A stretch of DNA of 60,598 nt, the filler included, from Squatina squatina (lineage: Eukaryota): NCBI GenBank assembly GCA_031763465.1. It is 4 parts of 4 records of this genome, joined end to end, with 100 filler letters (N's around TTAATTAATTAA, not from the genome) between each part and the next. Parts side by side here need not be neighbours in the genome. Positions count along the whole stretch, not along the records: positions 1 to 15,206 come from JARFOE010000100.1; positions 15,307 to 32,272 come from JARFOE010000046.1; 2 more parts are not named here. The stretch is one strand, 5' to 3'. The notes below the pieces were generated by a model, which was not told where the DNA came from, did no database searches, and worked only from the letters and a program-made list of their open reading frames with translations. Numbering within the stretch: the stretch's first letter is position 1; each line of letters opens with the position of its first letter. A program made the position numbers and the translations under genes. Positions 9,641-20,200 of this stretch are shown piece after piece.

Positions 9641-10805
9641 TTGTGTTTAAACTTGTCCCTTTAAGTCCACTGCTCAGGTATTCCCTGTGGGAAACTGTTG
9701 TAAATAGGCACATCCACAGATCACTTTAGAGGCAACTTGCTGAAGGAAGTTTCTATGGAGTGGCAGCTGCTTGTAAGTCCCTGGCTCCTGGCCAGGATTT
9801 CAAGGTCAGTAAAACTATCAGAAAATGTCTGGTACTCTTTCTCTATTTTTATAATCTTGACTCTGAAGCATGAGGTCCGAAGTGTCATTAACACACACTG
9901 GATCAAAACCTTATCATATAGAGAATATATGTAACTTTGCATGCTTTGAAGATGTGTTTATCACTTTGTAAAATTTTGAAGTGCAGGATTAGGGTAACTC
10001 TTTATTTTTAACTGAAGATGGAGGATTACCATAAGGAGGAAATTCACTTGCGTAATATTTATAGAATCCATCTGGAGGCTGAGAGTTTAAATTACAGTGT
10101 TTAGCATTGATAAATATTCATGAGACATCTCTGTCCAACATTCATGNNNNNNNNNNNNNNNNNNNNNNNNNNNNNNNNNNNNNNNNNNNNNNNNNNNNNN
10201 NNNNNNNNNNNNNNNNNNNNNNNNNNNNNNNNNNNNNNNNNNNNNNCGCAACATTGTGCTTCTCTGGGTAGCAACGGTTATATTGCTATCGGTGCTGACT
10301 CACGGGATTTCAGAAAGAACTGTGAGCTGGGGCAGGTCAGTTTCAGCCAGTCAGCAATGTGTCTCTGCTCGTTTTGCCCGTAAATAGCTATGTATTTGAG
10401 AGAACCGCAATCAAACATCTGGATACGGTTATGTGGGATTTTTTCCTCTGCATGCTAACCACTCCCACTCTGCACTTCACCAGAAGAATCATTGGGGATA
10501 AACTCAAACACATGGCCTTAAAAGGCTAAAACATTGACTTGAATACACAAATGAGTGTGTGCAGTTTCACCAATGTATGTTTGCACTGTGTGCATACCAA
10601 CACATTCACTGTGACTCCTAGCTGTTTCCAGTGCATATATTTTTTTTCCAATGGCTTATTGAGCCTGGGTCCTCGGCCTCTATCTGGATCGTGCAGGAGT
10701 GCGAATGGATCAGTGCTTTTAGTGTAGTCCAAGTTAAGCTTGTTCCTTCCAAAATTCTCACCTGTCCTGTGTTCTGTGTATTTGTCACATTCTCTTCCCC
10801 CATAG

Positions 10806-10949
10806 ACTTCAAGGAGGCTTTCCTCCTGTTTGACAGGACTGGTAATTGCAAGATCACCTTCAGCCAGGTTGCAGATGTCATGCGTGCTCTCGGCCAGAAT
10901 CCAACCAATGCTGAAGTGAAAAAGATCCTGAACAACCCCAGCGCGGAGG
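10806..10949 (+). CDS. MYL1: Myosin light chain 1/3, fast skeletal, internal exon (144 bp)
   Basis: ccatag|[48 protein letters not shown]|gtaggt; FDRTG lacks the MYL3/MYL4 insertion; linked to CPS1 and KANSL1L. Confidence 0.9.
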
Positions 10950-11078
10950 GTAGGTCCCTGGCACAGGCACGATGCTGTGCTGTCATTCTATGAATTTATA
11001 AAAAACCTTGTCTTCTGAGGGTATTCTCTGAACCTTGATTATTTATAAAGCTCACCTTTTTGATGCCTTTTGTTTTAG

Positions 11079-11252
11079 AGATGACCAACAAAGCCATTGA
11101 CTTTGACCAGTTCCTGCCCATGCTTCAGACTATGGCCAACAACAAGGAACAGGGTTCCTATGAGGACTTTGTTGAGGGTCTGCGCGTCTTTGACAAGGAA
11201 GGCAATGGCACTGTGATGGGCGCTGAACTCCGCCACGTTCTGGCCACACTGG
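11079..11252 (+). CDS. MYL1: Myosin light chain 1/3 internal exon (174 bp, EF-hand)
   Basis: ttttag|[59 protein letters not shown]|gtatga. Confidence 0.9.
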
Positions 11253-13421
11253 GTATGACACGAGCATGAATCAAATACCATAAAGGGGAAACCATTCTTG
11301 GCAAAACAGAATTTGAAATCATAGAAAGATCATTTTTTAAAATCTACGGCCTAGAAATTGAGGAAGGCTGGAAGCCTGCCAGTAACATTGGCAGCCAAGC
11401 ATATTGGCCACGGGTGGAGAGTGCAAGCAGTACCTACCATTTGCTCATTATCATCAGCGTGGCGGGGATTCTCGTGTAGCGCGCTCCTTGCAGCACTAAT
11501 CTCAGAAGGAGGCCAAAGCTGGCCTCAGTCTCCTGCTCGTGGTGGAGGGGAACAGGGAAGAAAGGAGTGACCCCAACAGTTGCTGTACCTGCTTGAACAA
11601 TATTAGCGGCCACCCGATATTTGTCGATTGTTTGCTTGTTTATGACATGAATACAGTAAGAGATTTTATCACCGACCATCTTCAATCGTTGCAATGGTGT
11701 TCACCCATTGATTGATTTACTGACCCACAAACACTGTCGGCATCTCAGAAAGCTGCCAGAAAATGCAACCCACTACCACCACCAGAACACTGCCCTGCCC
11801 CCCTGCCACCGATGGACAAAAATAAAAGTTTAAAAGAAGAACCTTGGCAAAGGAGGGGTTTGATGTTCCGCCGTCCATTCTCATCAGTCCTGCCAGACTC
11901 ATCATGGCCGTTAATGCCTTTAGCTGCAGCACTCACTGGCGTGATTTAGCACAGGCGGCAGTGCAAGTGAAGAACTCCAAATGATGAGCTGGCGTCAACT
12001 CGGCATTGCTCGCTGATTGACTTCACGATCCNNNNNNNNNNNNNNNNNNNNNNNNNNNNNNNNNNNNNNNNNNNNNNNNNNNNNNNNNNNNNNNNNNNNN
12101 NNNNNNNNNNNNNNNNNNNNNNNNNNNNNNNCCTGCATCATCTTGACTTTGCTGTAATGATTGGCACACTAGTTGTATTAGTCTGCTGATGAACAGGGCT
12201 GTGTACCCCATCCAAATTCCCAGTGGTAGCCCTGGTGGGTGCCAGGAGTACTGCCACTGTGCTTGGAATTATATAACTCGCCTGATGCACTTAAAGTCAG
12301 ATTTGGTCTGGCTGCTTCCATGGCATAACCAGGTCACATTACAATGTCCTGAGCTTTGATTTTAATCAGTCAGAATTGGAAGCCAGTGTTTCAAGGTGTG
12401 GGTGCCATCTCCACAATAGATGGTAGGGTGCTAGAGGCATGGGAAAGTACAGTATTCAGTTGTGAAAGGTAAAATGTTTTCTGTTCAAAGTACTCTGCCA
12501 GCTTTTTCTGAAAATAATATACAAGAATAAATTACTTCAATTAGGATACAATTGAATTTGTTGTCCAGTAGAATTCCACTATTTTGGGTTTCCATCATTC
12601 CCAGATCACTGATGACCAGGGGTATTTGCCTGCATCCCAGAACAGTTGCATAGCCAGTCATTTAGACTGGTGATTAAGCGATCCAGAGTTGCTGCCTTTC
12701 CCCAGAACCTTCCCTGCTTTTTGAGCACAGAGCATTCTTCAGCTAAGGTTTTTTTTCTTTCCCTAGTATTAGATGGGTGGCTTCTCATCGATGGCGTCCA
12801 TTCAAATATATGACTTGAAATTGATGGGGGACAAGCACTTTGTTTTTCTATACTGCAAATTACAATTTTCTATGGTCATTATCATATTACTGTTCCAGCA
12901 CAGAAGGGAGGCCTATTGTGCCTGTGCCATTTCTTTAAAAGAGCTATCCAATTAGACCCACTCCCGTGCATTCTCCTTTTCAAGTATTTATCAAATTTGC
13001 TTTTGGAAGTTGCTATTGAATCTGCTTCCACTATCCTTTCGGGCAGTGCATTCCAGGTCATTTTATAAAATGTGCTGTACATTGTCCACTGAGCCATCTT
13101 TGTGATATTTGGGAACCAATGGTTATTTGCAAAAGATGTCGAGTTTAAATAGTAAGCAGATACAGTATATAGACTAGCATTTTAAATTTAGGTTAGTAAC
13201 TGGTGCTTTACAGTTAACTTTGACTATACTTTGAGTTGTTTGTGTTGAGGGGTTTGAGGTTTTATAGAGAACAGTTCTGGAAGCAGTTTGTACATTTAGG
13301 CTTTAACAATTGGCTTATGTTAAGAGGCTTCAAATATTTTGCTGTGCCATTGAATTTTATATTCATTCTCTTCCATAGGGGCAACATTTTTATTGCAGTG
13401 GGACTAGTGGGGCACCGCTGT

Positions 13422-13841
13422 ATGGCTACAATGGCCCCTGCCCTCACCGAAACAGCCACAGAGGGACATGGATTCCAGCTGTCGTCTCCCTCCTTATCTT
13501 CCAGTTCCATTGAGCCCAACACATTTATGCACAAGAATGGTACCGCTGCAGAGCAGAAGCTAAATGGCGATTGTGACACACAATCTGTTTGGTCTCAACT
13601 TACTTATCCACGTGCAGCACGCGGGCTTGGCAGTGATGCAGCTGATTTGAAACATGCACCTTATGGATCTGCAATAGTACACTCCTCAATCCCGAATAAT
13701 GCAGCATTATTAACCAGTACTCATTCTCTACTGGACATACTGTCTTTAAACTATAACCTTACTAGTAGGAAGAACTTGTTCAGCAAAAGCCCTCCAGTCA
13801 TTCTTACCAAAAAAAAATTCTCTTGTGATAGAACTAAGCAC
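13422..13841 (+). CDS. KANSL1L: KAT8 regulatory NSL complex subunit 1-like, first coding exon (truncated by a gap)
   Basis: Exon begins at 13379 after a TTCCATAG acceptor; MATMAPALTETATEGHGFQL resembles the KANSL1/KANSL1L N-terminus; frame is open up to the gap. Confidence 0.78.
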
Positions 13842-14532
13842 NNNNNNNNNNNNNNNNNNNNNNNNNNNNNNNNNNNNNNNNNNNNNNNNNNNNNNNNNNN
13901 NNNNNNNNNNNNNNNNNNNNNNNNNNNNNNNNNNNNNNNNNTCTCAAACCAGTATTCAGTGAGAAGAGGTCTGCCCCAGGCTTGTCTAAAATCATCTCCA
14001 TTTTCATTTTCATTGACTTAAGGAGTGCCAGCATTGTATGGGATGTCTCTTGGTGACTTTAAACCAGATTCTGTGCGAATCACAAGCCTTCATTCTTGTG
14101 TTGGAGTGTGCCAGGCTTGAATGACCAAATCCCATCTCTCCTGTATGAGGATTGGCATTTCTGAAATGGCGTAGATCTTAACAATTGCCAATACTTTTTA
14201 GATCTCAGTAGGAAATAAATATTTTAATAAACAAAATTTTCATGCCTATACATGAAAGTGATACATCAAAGATTTTGTTCTTTTTAAATTTTAAATGAAC
14301 TGTCAGACCTGCATTTCTAAATTGCCTGTGCAGTATTTTTGATGCATTATGCCTTATATACATGTTTGAGGTGTCTTTGACCTTTTACATGACACATTTT
14401 ATATCAACAATTGAAATAATATTTGAAATTTTGAAATACCAGTTTATGGAAGTAAAATATCAACAGCTAATAGAGTGGAGGTGGGCAAAATGTTACAACC
14501 TATAATAAAAAAATCCTCATCTTGTTTTACAG

Positions 14533-14674
14533 TGCACACAGGTCAGAACAGAGCTGGACCATTGATCGAGCTGGAATTGCAAGCCGGTGGACGTGGCTTC
14601 AAGCCCAGATATCAGACCTGGAGTATCGGATACGCCAGATAAATGAAATCTACAGGCATATACGTGCTGTAAAG
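14533..14674 (+). CDS. KANSL1L: KANSL1L internal exon (142 bp)
   Basis: tttacag|[47 protein letters not shown]|gtaaaa; [13 protein letters not shown] is the KANSL1L-type variant. Confidence 0.85.
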
Positions 14675-15206
14675 GTAAAATGGAGAACTAGCTGAAATTG
14701 TGGTTTTATTAAACAAAATTAAAGAAAATGGTTAACATGATCTTTTGTATTGACAAGACAGGCTGGATGCTTCCTGGGCCCTTGGCTATACCTGTCCATT
14801 TGAGAACATGAACTCACCCTTGTGGGTCATTTGCACAAATCTGTGTTCTGCCACTCTGTACACTAAAGCTTTGTGCCACCAGCTGCATTTTATGAAAATA
14901 AAATAATTCTCGATAATAGGCATTTTTAACATTCAGTCTCGAAGATGAATGCTGACATGTTTTCTGGTCTTTGCTACCTCCCTTACCTCTTGCTTCTGTT
15001 GTGGGCTTGCTTTCAAAAATCGACATGAAAATCATATCATGTCATTTTTTTGCCTCCATATTCAAAAATATTAATTATTTTTAAATTCAGGTTTTGCACC
15101 ATAGAAACATAGAAAATCAGAGCAGGAGCAGGGCATTCGGCCCTTCGAGCCTGCTCCGCCATTCAATATGATCATGGCTGATCATCCAAATTCAGTACCC
15201 TGTTCC

Positions 15207-15306
15207 NNNNNNNNNNNNNNNNNNNNNNNNNNNNNNNNNNNNNNNNNNNNTTAATTAATTAANNNNNNNNNNNNNNNNNNNNNNNNNNNNNNNNNNNNNN
15301 NNNNNN
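15207..15306. other. Artificial scaffold-joining linker
   Basis: N44-TTAATTAATTAA-N44, which places stops in all six frames. Confidence 0.97.
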
Positions 15307-15449
15307 TCCATGCGAGATTGAGCCAGTCTAGGAGGGCAACAGCTTTGAGCCGTGGTCCTTGCCGGGTGAGCTGGCCGCAGGCTAGTTAGCAGCAAGGGTA
15401 ATACAATTGATCACAGAGCCCTGCACTGGAGAGAAAGGAACTGAACATT

Positions 15450-15712
15450 ATAACATAAGAATTAGAAGCAGGAATCGGCCATTCAGCCCCTCGAGCCTGC
15501 TCCACCATTCAATAAGATCATGGCTGATCTTCAACCTCAACTCCACTTTCCCGCCCGATCCCCATATCCCTTGATTCCCGTAGAGTCCAAAAGTCTATCG
15601 ATCTCAGTCTTGAATGTGCTCAATGACTGAGCCTCCACAGCCCTCTGGGGTAGAGAATTCCAAAGATTCACCACCCTGTGAGTGAAGAAATATTTCCTCA
15701 TCTCAGTCCTAT
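15450..15712 (-). mobile_element. CR1-type LINE 3' end
   Basis: Encodes RTEMRKYFFTHRVVNLWNSLPQRAVEAQSLSTFKTEIDRLLD, followed by the 3' tail. Confidence 0.8.
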
Positions 15713-17255
15713 CTGAGGTTGTGAAAGGCAATGCAGAAATTCAAGTTTGTTCTTTTACCATGCTGCAAGTACCCAAATAAATCCACTTACTGCCCTAAAT
15801 CTCTGGAGCTAGGTGTCTTAAAATGGCTGTAACTCATTTCATTAATTGGAAATAACCATGCAACATTGACTTTTTGGAATACTAACACAAGAGTAGGTAC
15901 AACTGGATAATACTTCTGATTGAAGCTCCCTTTATGTGAAGCCCTTAAATCCACTACACATAGTGAGAAGGTACAAGTACAGAAATAAAAAGGAGTTAGA
16001 AATGCTACTGCTTGCACAAAATGTTGTAAATCACTCCAAATGTCACACGCTTAATACATATTCATTGTGTCACATTCCCCTGAATGACAACCGCTGCCAA
16101 GACAAAGTTTTAAAAGCAAGTTGTCCTTAAATTGTATGTTGAATTTGAGCTGCCTTCAGCGTATGCTGCAGACTGTTCAAGTCACTTCTGGTCACTGCTT
16201 TAATGTGACTGCAGACCAGGGCACATCCTGTAACTGTTACAAACAGTATAGTGTTCACAGTTTCTGTTCCTCTAAAGGATGTGGCATACAGTTCATTCAA
16301 GAAAACAAAGCTGGCCCTTTCAAAGACCCAGCGACAACATAGAATTCACAGAAGGGCCCAGTGAACAATTCCTGTCTGTGACAAAGGCAAAAAAAAAATA
16401 GTGCCTTGACCACATGCCAGGAAAGTCTGATGACACCATTTGTATGAAATAAGTGACATTATCCCTAATATGTTGAACTTAAACAACAAATGACTGTTTA
16501 TGGCAAGCAAAGCTGCTCAGAATTTTCCTAAATTTGCATGTTTTCAATTATTTTCCATAATGCCCAATTTACCCACAAATGATACCATTGTATAGGTGCA
16601 GGAACTAACTTTACAACTGCCTTGCTTTTAGGAGGAAAAAACGCCACAGTGGATGGCACATTCTGTCCTCTCTGTAGGAAGTGCTTTTCTCAGCAGTTGC
16701 TTAAATTGGCAAGTAGTGTCACAAGCCTTCAACTGAAACTTCTAGAAGATGCTTAATTATAGCAGAATATCATAAGTAGAAAACATTTCAAATGTACAAG
16801 ATTGCTTTTGTTCTGCAATGGTCATAGAAATTACAGCACGAATGGAGACCAACTAGCCTGTGGAGCAAGCTCCTTAACATCTCCCTGCCCTTTCCCCCCT
16901 CCTTTTACATTCTTCCAATCCCTTTCAAATAGTATTGGTCTTTGTCTTAATAGCTGCTTATGGTAAAGCGTTCCATGTTCTAATAACCCTCTGTGTGCTA
17001 AAATCTATTCTTCTGATGTACTCCTCCTCTCTCTAAGCGCTTTTGAATGCCTTAAGGTTGTGAAAGGCGCCAAAGTAACATAAGAATTAGGAGCAGGAGT
17101 AGGCCATACCGCACCTCGAACCTGCTCCGCCATTCAATAAGATCATGGCTGATCTNNNNNNNNNNNNNNNNNNNNNNNNNNNNNNNNNNNNNNNNNNNNN
17201 NNNNNNNNNNNNNNNNNNNNNNNNNNNNNNNNNNNNNNNNNNNNNNNNNNNNNNN

Positions 17256-17535
17256 AAGGGTCGAGAACCAGTCGACAGATTTAAGGTGACTGGCAGCAGA
17301 ACCAAAGGCGACATGTGGAAAAACTTTCTTACACAGTGAATGCACTGCCTGAAAGGATGGTGGAGGCAGACTCAGTCGTGGCTGTCAAAAGGGAATTGGA
17401 TAAGTACCTGAAGGAAAAACTTTGCAGGGCTACAGGGAAAGGGCAGGGGAGTGGGACCAGCTGAGGTGCTCTTGCAGTGATCTGGCATGGGCTTGACGGG
17501 CCAAATGGCCTCCTTCCCTGCTGTAACCGTTCTAT
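17256..17535 (+). mobile_element. CR1-type LINE 3' end
   Basis: Encodes RTKGDMWKNFLTQ...ALPERMVEADS...KRELDKYLK, followed by a GGGCCAAATGGCCTCC tail. Confidence 0.7.
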
Positions 17536-18295
17536 GTGTCACGGGTGACTGAATCAATANNNNNNNNNNTCGACCGTTTTACGCTATCGACCAAATTCAA
17601 AATTACTGTCCATTCGTTCCTGGTGTACAAACCTCTGGGCTGGGACAATAAATTCATATAATGCACCAATGCAGCCTTCACTTCTAGTCCCCTAACACCC
17701 CAGTAAGTGCCAGCACCTTTAGATAGGAAGGGGGAAATCTAAAATGGTGAAAAGCAAATCGCTGGAGCTTAAGTGATTTTAATTAAAGACCTATAAATCC
17801 TTTAAGGCGGTTTTCCATAGTGGTACTTCCTCAACCGGTGACAGATTGGTTAACCTCCAATCTTGCCCTTCNNNNNNNNNNNNNNNNNNNNNNNNNNNNN
17901 NNNNNNNNNNNNNNNNNNNNNNNNNNNNNNNNNNNNNNNNNNNNNNNNNNNNNNNNNNNNNNNNNNNNNNNGCCTGCTGTGTCATCCAATGAAATCATGG
18001 CTGATCATCGACCTCAACTCCACTTTCCCGCCCAATCTCCATATCCCTTTATTCCCCTGGAGTCCAAAAATCTATCGATCTCAGCCTTGAATATACTCAG
18101 AAGTAGAATGGAGCTTCACTCTTAGGAACCTTCTATAACTTTCCCAGGCTGGTTCTAGTGTCTGTTACAATAAAAAAAAGATTCAAGTTCAGACTGATTA
18201 ACCACCGATTAGAGTGGCCCCATAAAATTATAACAATATTGTATCCGCATCATGGGAATGCTAGTAAAATAATGAAGGCACTTTGTCTTCTGCAG

Positions 18296-18402
18296 GAAAA
18301 TCTGAACAAGCTGATGACTAACTTGAGATCCACTCNNNNNNNNNNGATCCACTCATCCACATTTCGTGCGTTGTTTAATTCCCAATGAGACAAAGACTCC
18401 AG
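18296..18402 (+). pseudogene. Sarcomeric myosin heavy chain exon (motor domain), orphan fragment
   Basis: ttctgcag|[30 protein letters not shown]|gtaatt once the GATCCACTC overlap around the 10-N gap is collapsed (88 bp). Confidence 0.85.
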
Positions 18403-18600
18403 GTAATTGAAATAGACCATTTTTATAATTCAAGCAAAACAAATTTTATAGTAAAATTCAGTATTTCCTTTTCTTTTCCTGGATTTTTTTGTACTCACTA
18501 ATGAATATCCAATGAATTTGATTTTTTGGAATAAAGGTGAAATTAAAGCAAAAAAAATCAAATGTATGAATTGTTCTTCATCATTCTTTCCATATCCCAG

Positions 18601-18725
18601 GTGCAATGGATAATCACCTAGTCATGCACCAGCTCAGATGCAATGGTGTGCTTGAAGGAATTAGAATCTGCAGAAAGGGATTTCCAAGCAGAATTATGCT
18701 TGCTGGTCTTAATGCCTGTGAATAG
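18601..18725 (+). pseudogene. Sarcomeric myosin heavy chain SH2/SH1-helix exon with a disrupted 3' end
   Basis: atcccag|[32 protein letters not shown], then MLAGLNACE* in place of the conserved LY(A/G)DFKQR; no donor at the expected position. Confidence 0.8.
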
Positions 18726-19129
18726 GTTGAAGAATGAAATACAACATTGTGAGGAAAGGCTGTTGACAGCAGCTGTAGAAGTCACACATCACGCTCACTA
18801 AGCCTGTGCTAACATAAATATTTGGAAGTTCTTTCTGTTTGACCTGTTTCTTTTTATTATTCTTAAGCACCCGGGGACACCAATCCCATAATGAGCAGAA
18901 GGACAGGATTAAAGGTCAACAATAACGCTTAGAGCTATTTTTAGACTCTGGTCTCATCTAGTTGTGACAGGTCTGCTGATTCAGCTTGCTGGATGGCTGG
19001 TCCTTTCAGTTCTGTGGCTATTATAAGTGTTGCCGTAGGTTGAACAAGTGGATAGAGTTGATGAAAGCATGAGGTTCAGAATTACATTTAATAAGCTTGA
19101 GGTTCTTTCTTCCAGGAGTAGAATTCTTA

Positions 19130-19490
19130 AAGAAAGGAAGAATTTGTATAGCACCATCAGGATGTCCTAAAGCACTTTACCTCAATGAATTACTTTTGCA
19201 GTCCAGTCACTTGTTATGTAGGCAAACAGTAGCTTATTTGCACATAGCGAGGCCGCAAAGCAACAGGATAAATATTAATTTGTTTCCAGTAGTGTTGGCT
19301 AGGACACTGCTCTCTTTGAACAGTGACGTTGTATCTTCAACATTCACCTGAACAGGCAGACTTAGTTTAACGCCTCGTCTGAAGAATGGCATCTCCGACA
19401 GTGTGGCACTCCCTCACTGTTGCACTGAAGCATCCAACTTGATTATTTGCTTAAATCCTGAAGCTAGCTTTGAACCCATAACCTTCTTCT
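19130..19490 (-). mobile_element. Deu-domain SINE, degraded
   Basis: GTTTAACGCCTCGTCTGAAGAATGGCATCTCCGACAGTGTGGCACTCCCTCACTGTTGCACTG; homologous to 2230-2668. Confidence 0.65.
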
Positions 19491-19962
19491 CAAAGGGTAG
19501 AGGTCCACCAGTGACACTTTACTATAAACAAAAGTAAGCATGACCTAGTCATGGGAGATTAAGAACTCCAAGCTAATACTGAGATCTATCTGGTAGACCG
19601 TCGATTCGGAACAGATGAGTATTTAACCCTGCGTTAAATAAAATGCTAAGGCCAGATCTGCAATATCTTCAAAATGACTTTGGTTCATTGAGAGGGTACA
19701 GAGAAGAACAAGGTTGACTATGGGTTTGAAAGAACTGAAATATGTGAATAGCCTGACAGAGCTAAATGTGTCCTTGCTGATGGAAGAAGATTGATCAGGT
19801 CATGGTGCGATTTTTAAAATGTCACAAGGCATGGCTGCAGTCAGGATATCCAACTGGGGATANNNNNNNNNNNNNNNNNNNNNNNNNNNNNNNNNNNNNN
19901 NNNNNNNNNNNNNNNNNNNNNNNNNNNNNNNNNNNNNNNNNNNNNNNNNNNNNNNNNNNNNN

Positions 19963-20200
19963 CACAAGCCCAGTCTGTGTAACCTGTCCTCGGAATTTAA
20001 CCATTGCAACCCCGGTGTGATTCTGGTGAACCTGAGCTGTTCCCCCTCCGAGGCCAATGTCTCCTTCCTGAGGTATGGAGCCCAGAACTGAACGCAGTGA
20101 CTTCAGGCGGGATGTGACCAGAGCTTTATAGAAACTGTAACATCAGTTCCTCCCCTTCGTATTTCAGCCCTCGAGATAAAGCCAACATTCCATTGGCCTT
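19963..20200 (-). mobile_element. CR1-type LINE ORF2 fragment
   Basis: Encodes CVQFWAPYLRKETLASEGEQLRFTRITPGL...EDRLHRLGL. Confidence 0.75.

Noticed and set aside
6247-13300. LANCL1 and ACADL exons expected between CPS1, MYL1 and KANSL1L
   Set aside because: No matching peptides were seen; absence is uninformative given the gaps.
15251-15262. TTAATTAATTAA palindrome occurring three times
   Set aside because: It is centred in N-runs each time and is an artificial six-frame stop linker, not biology.
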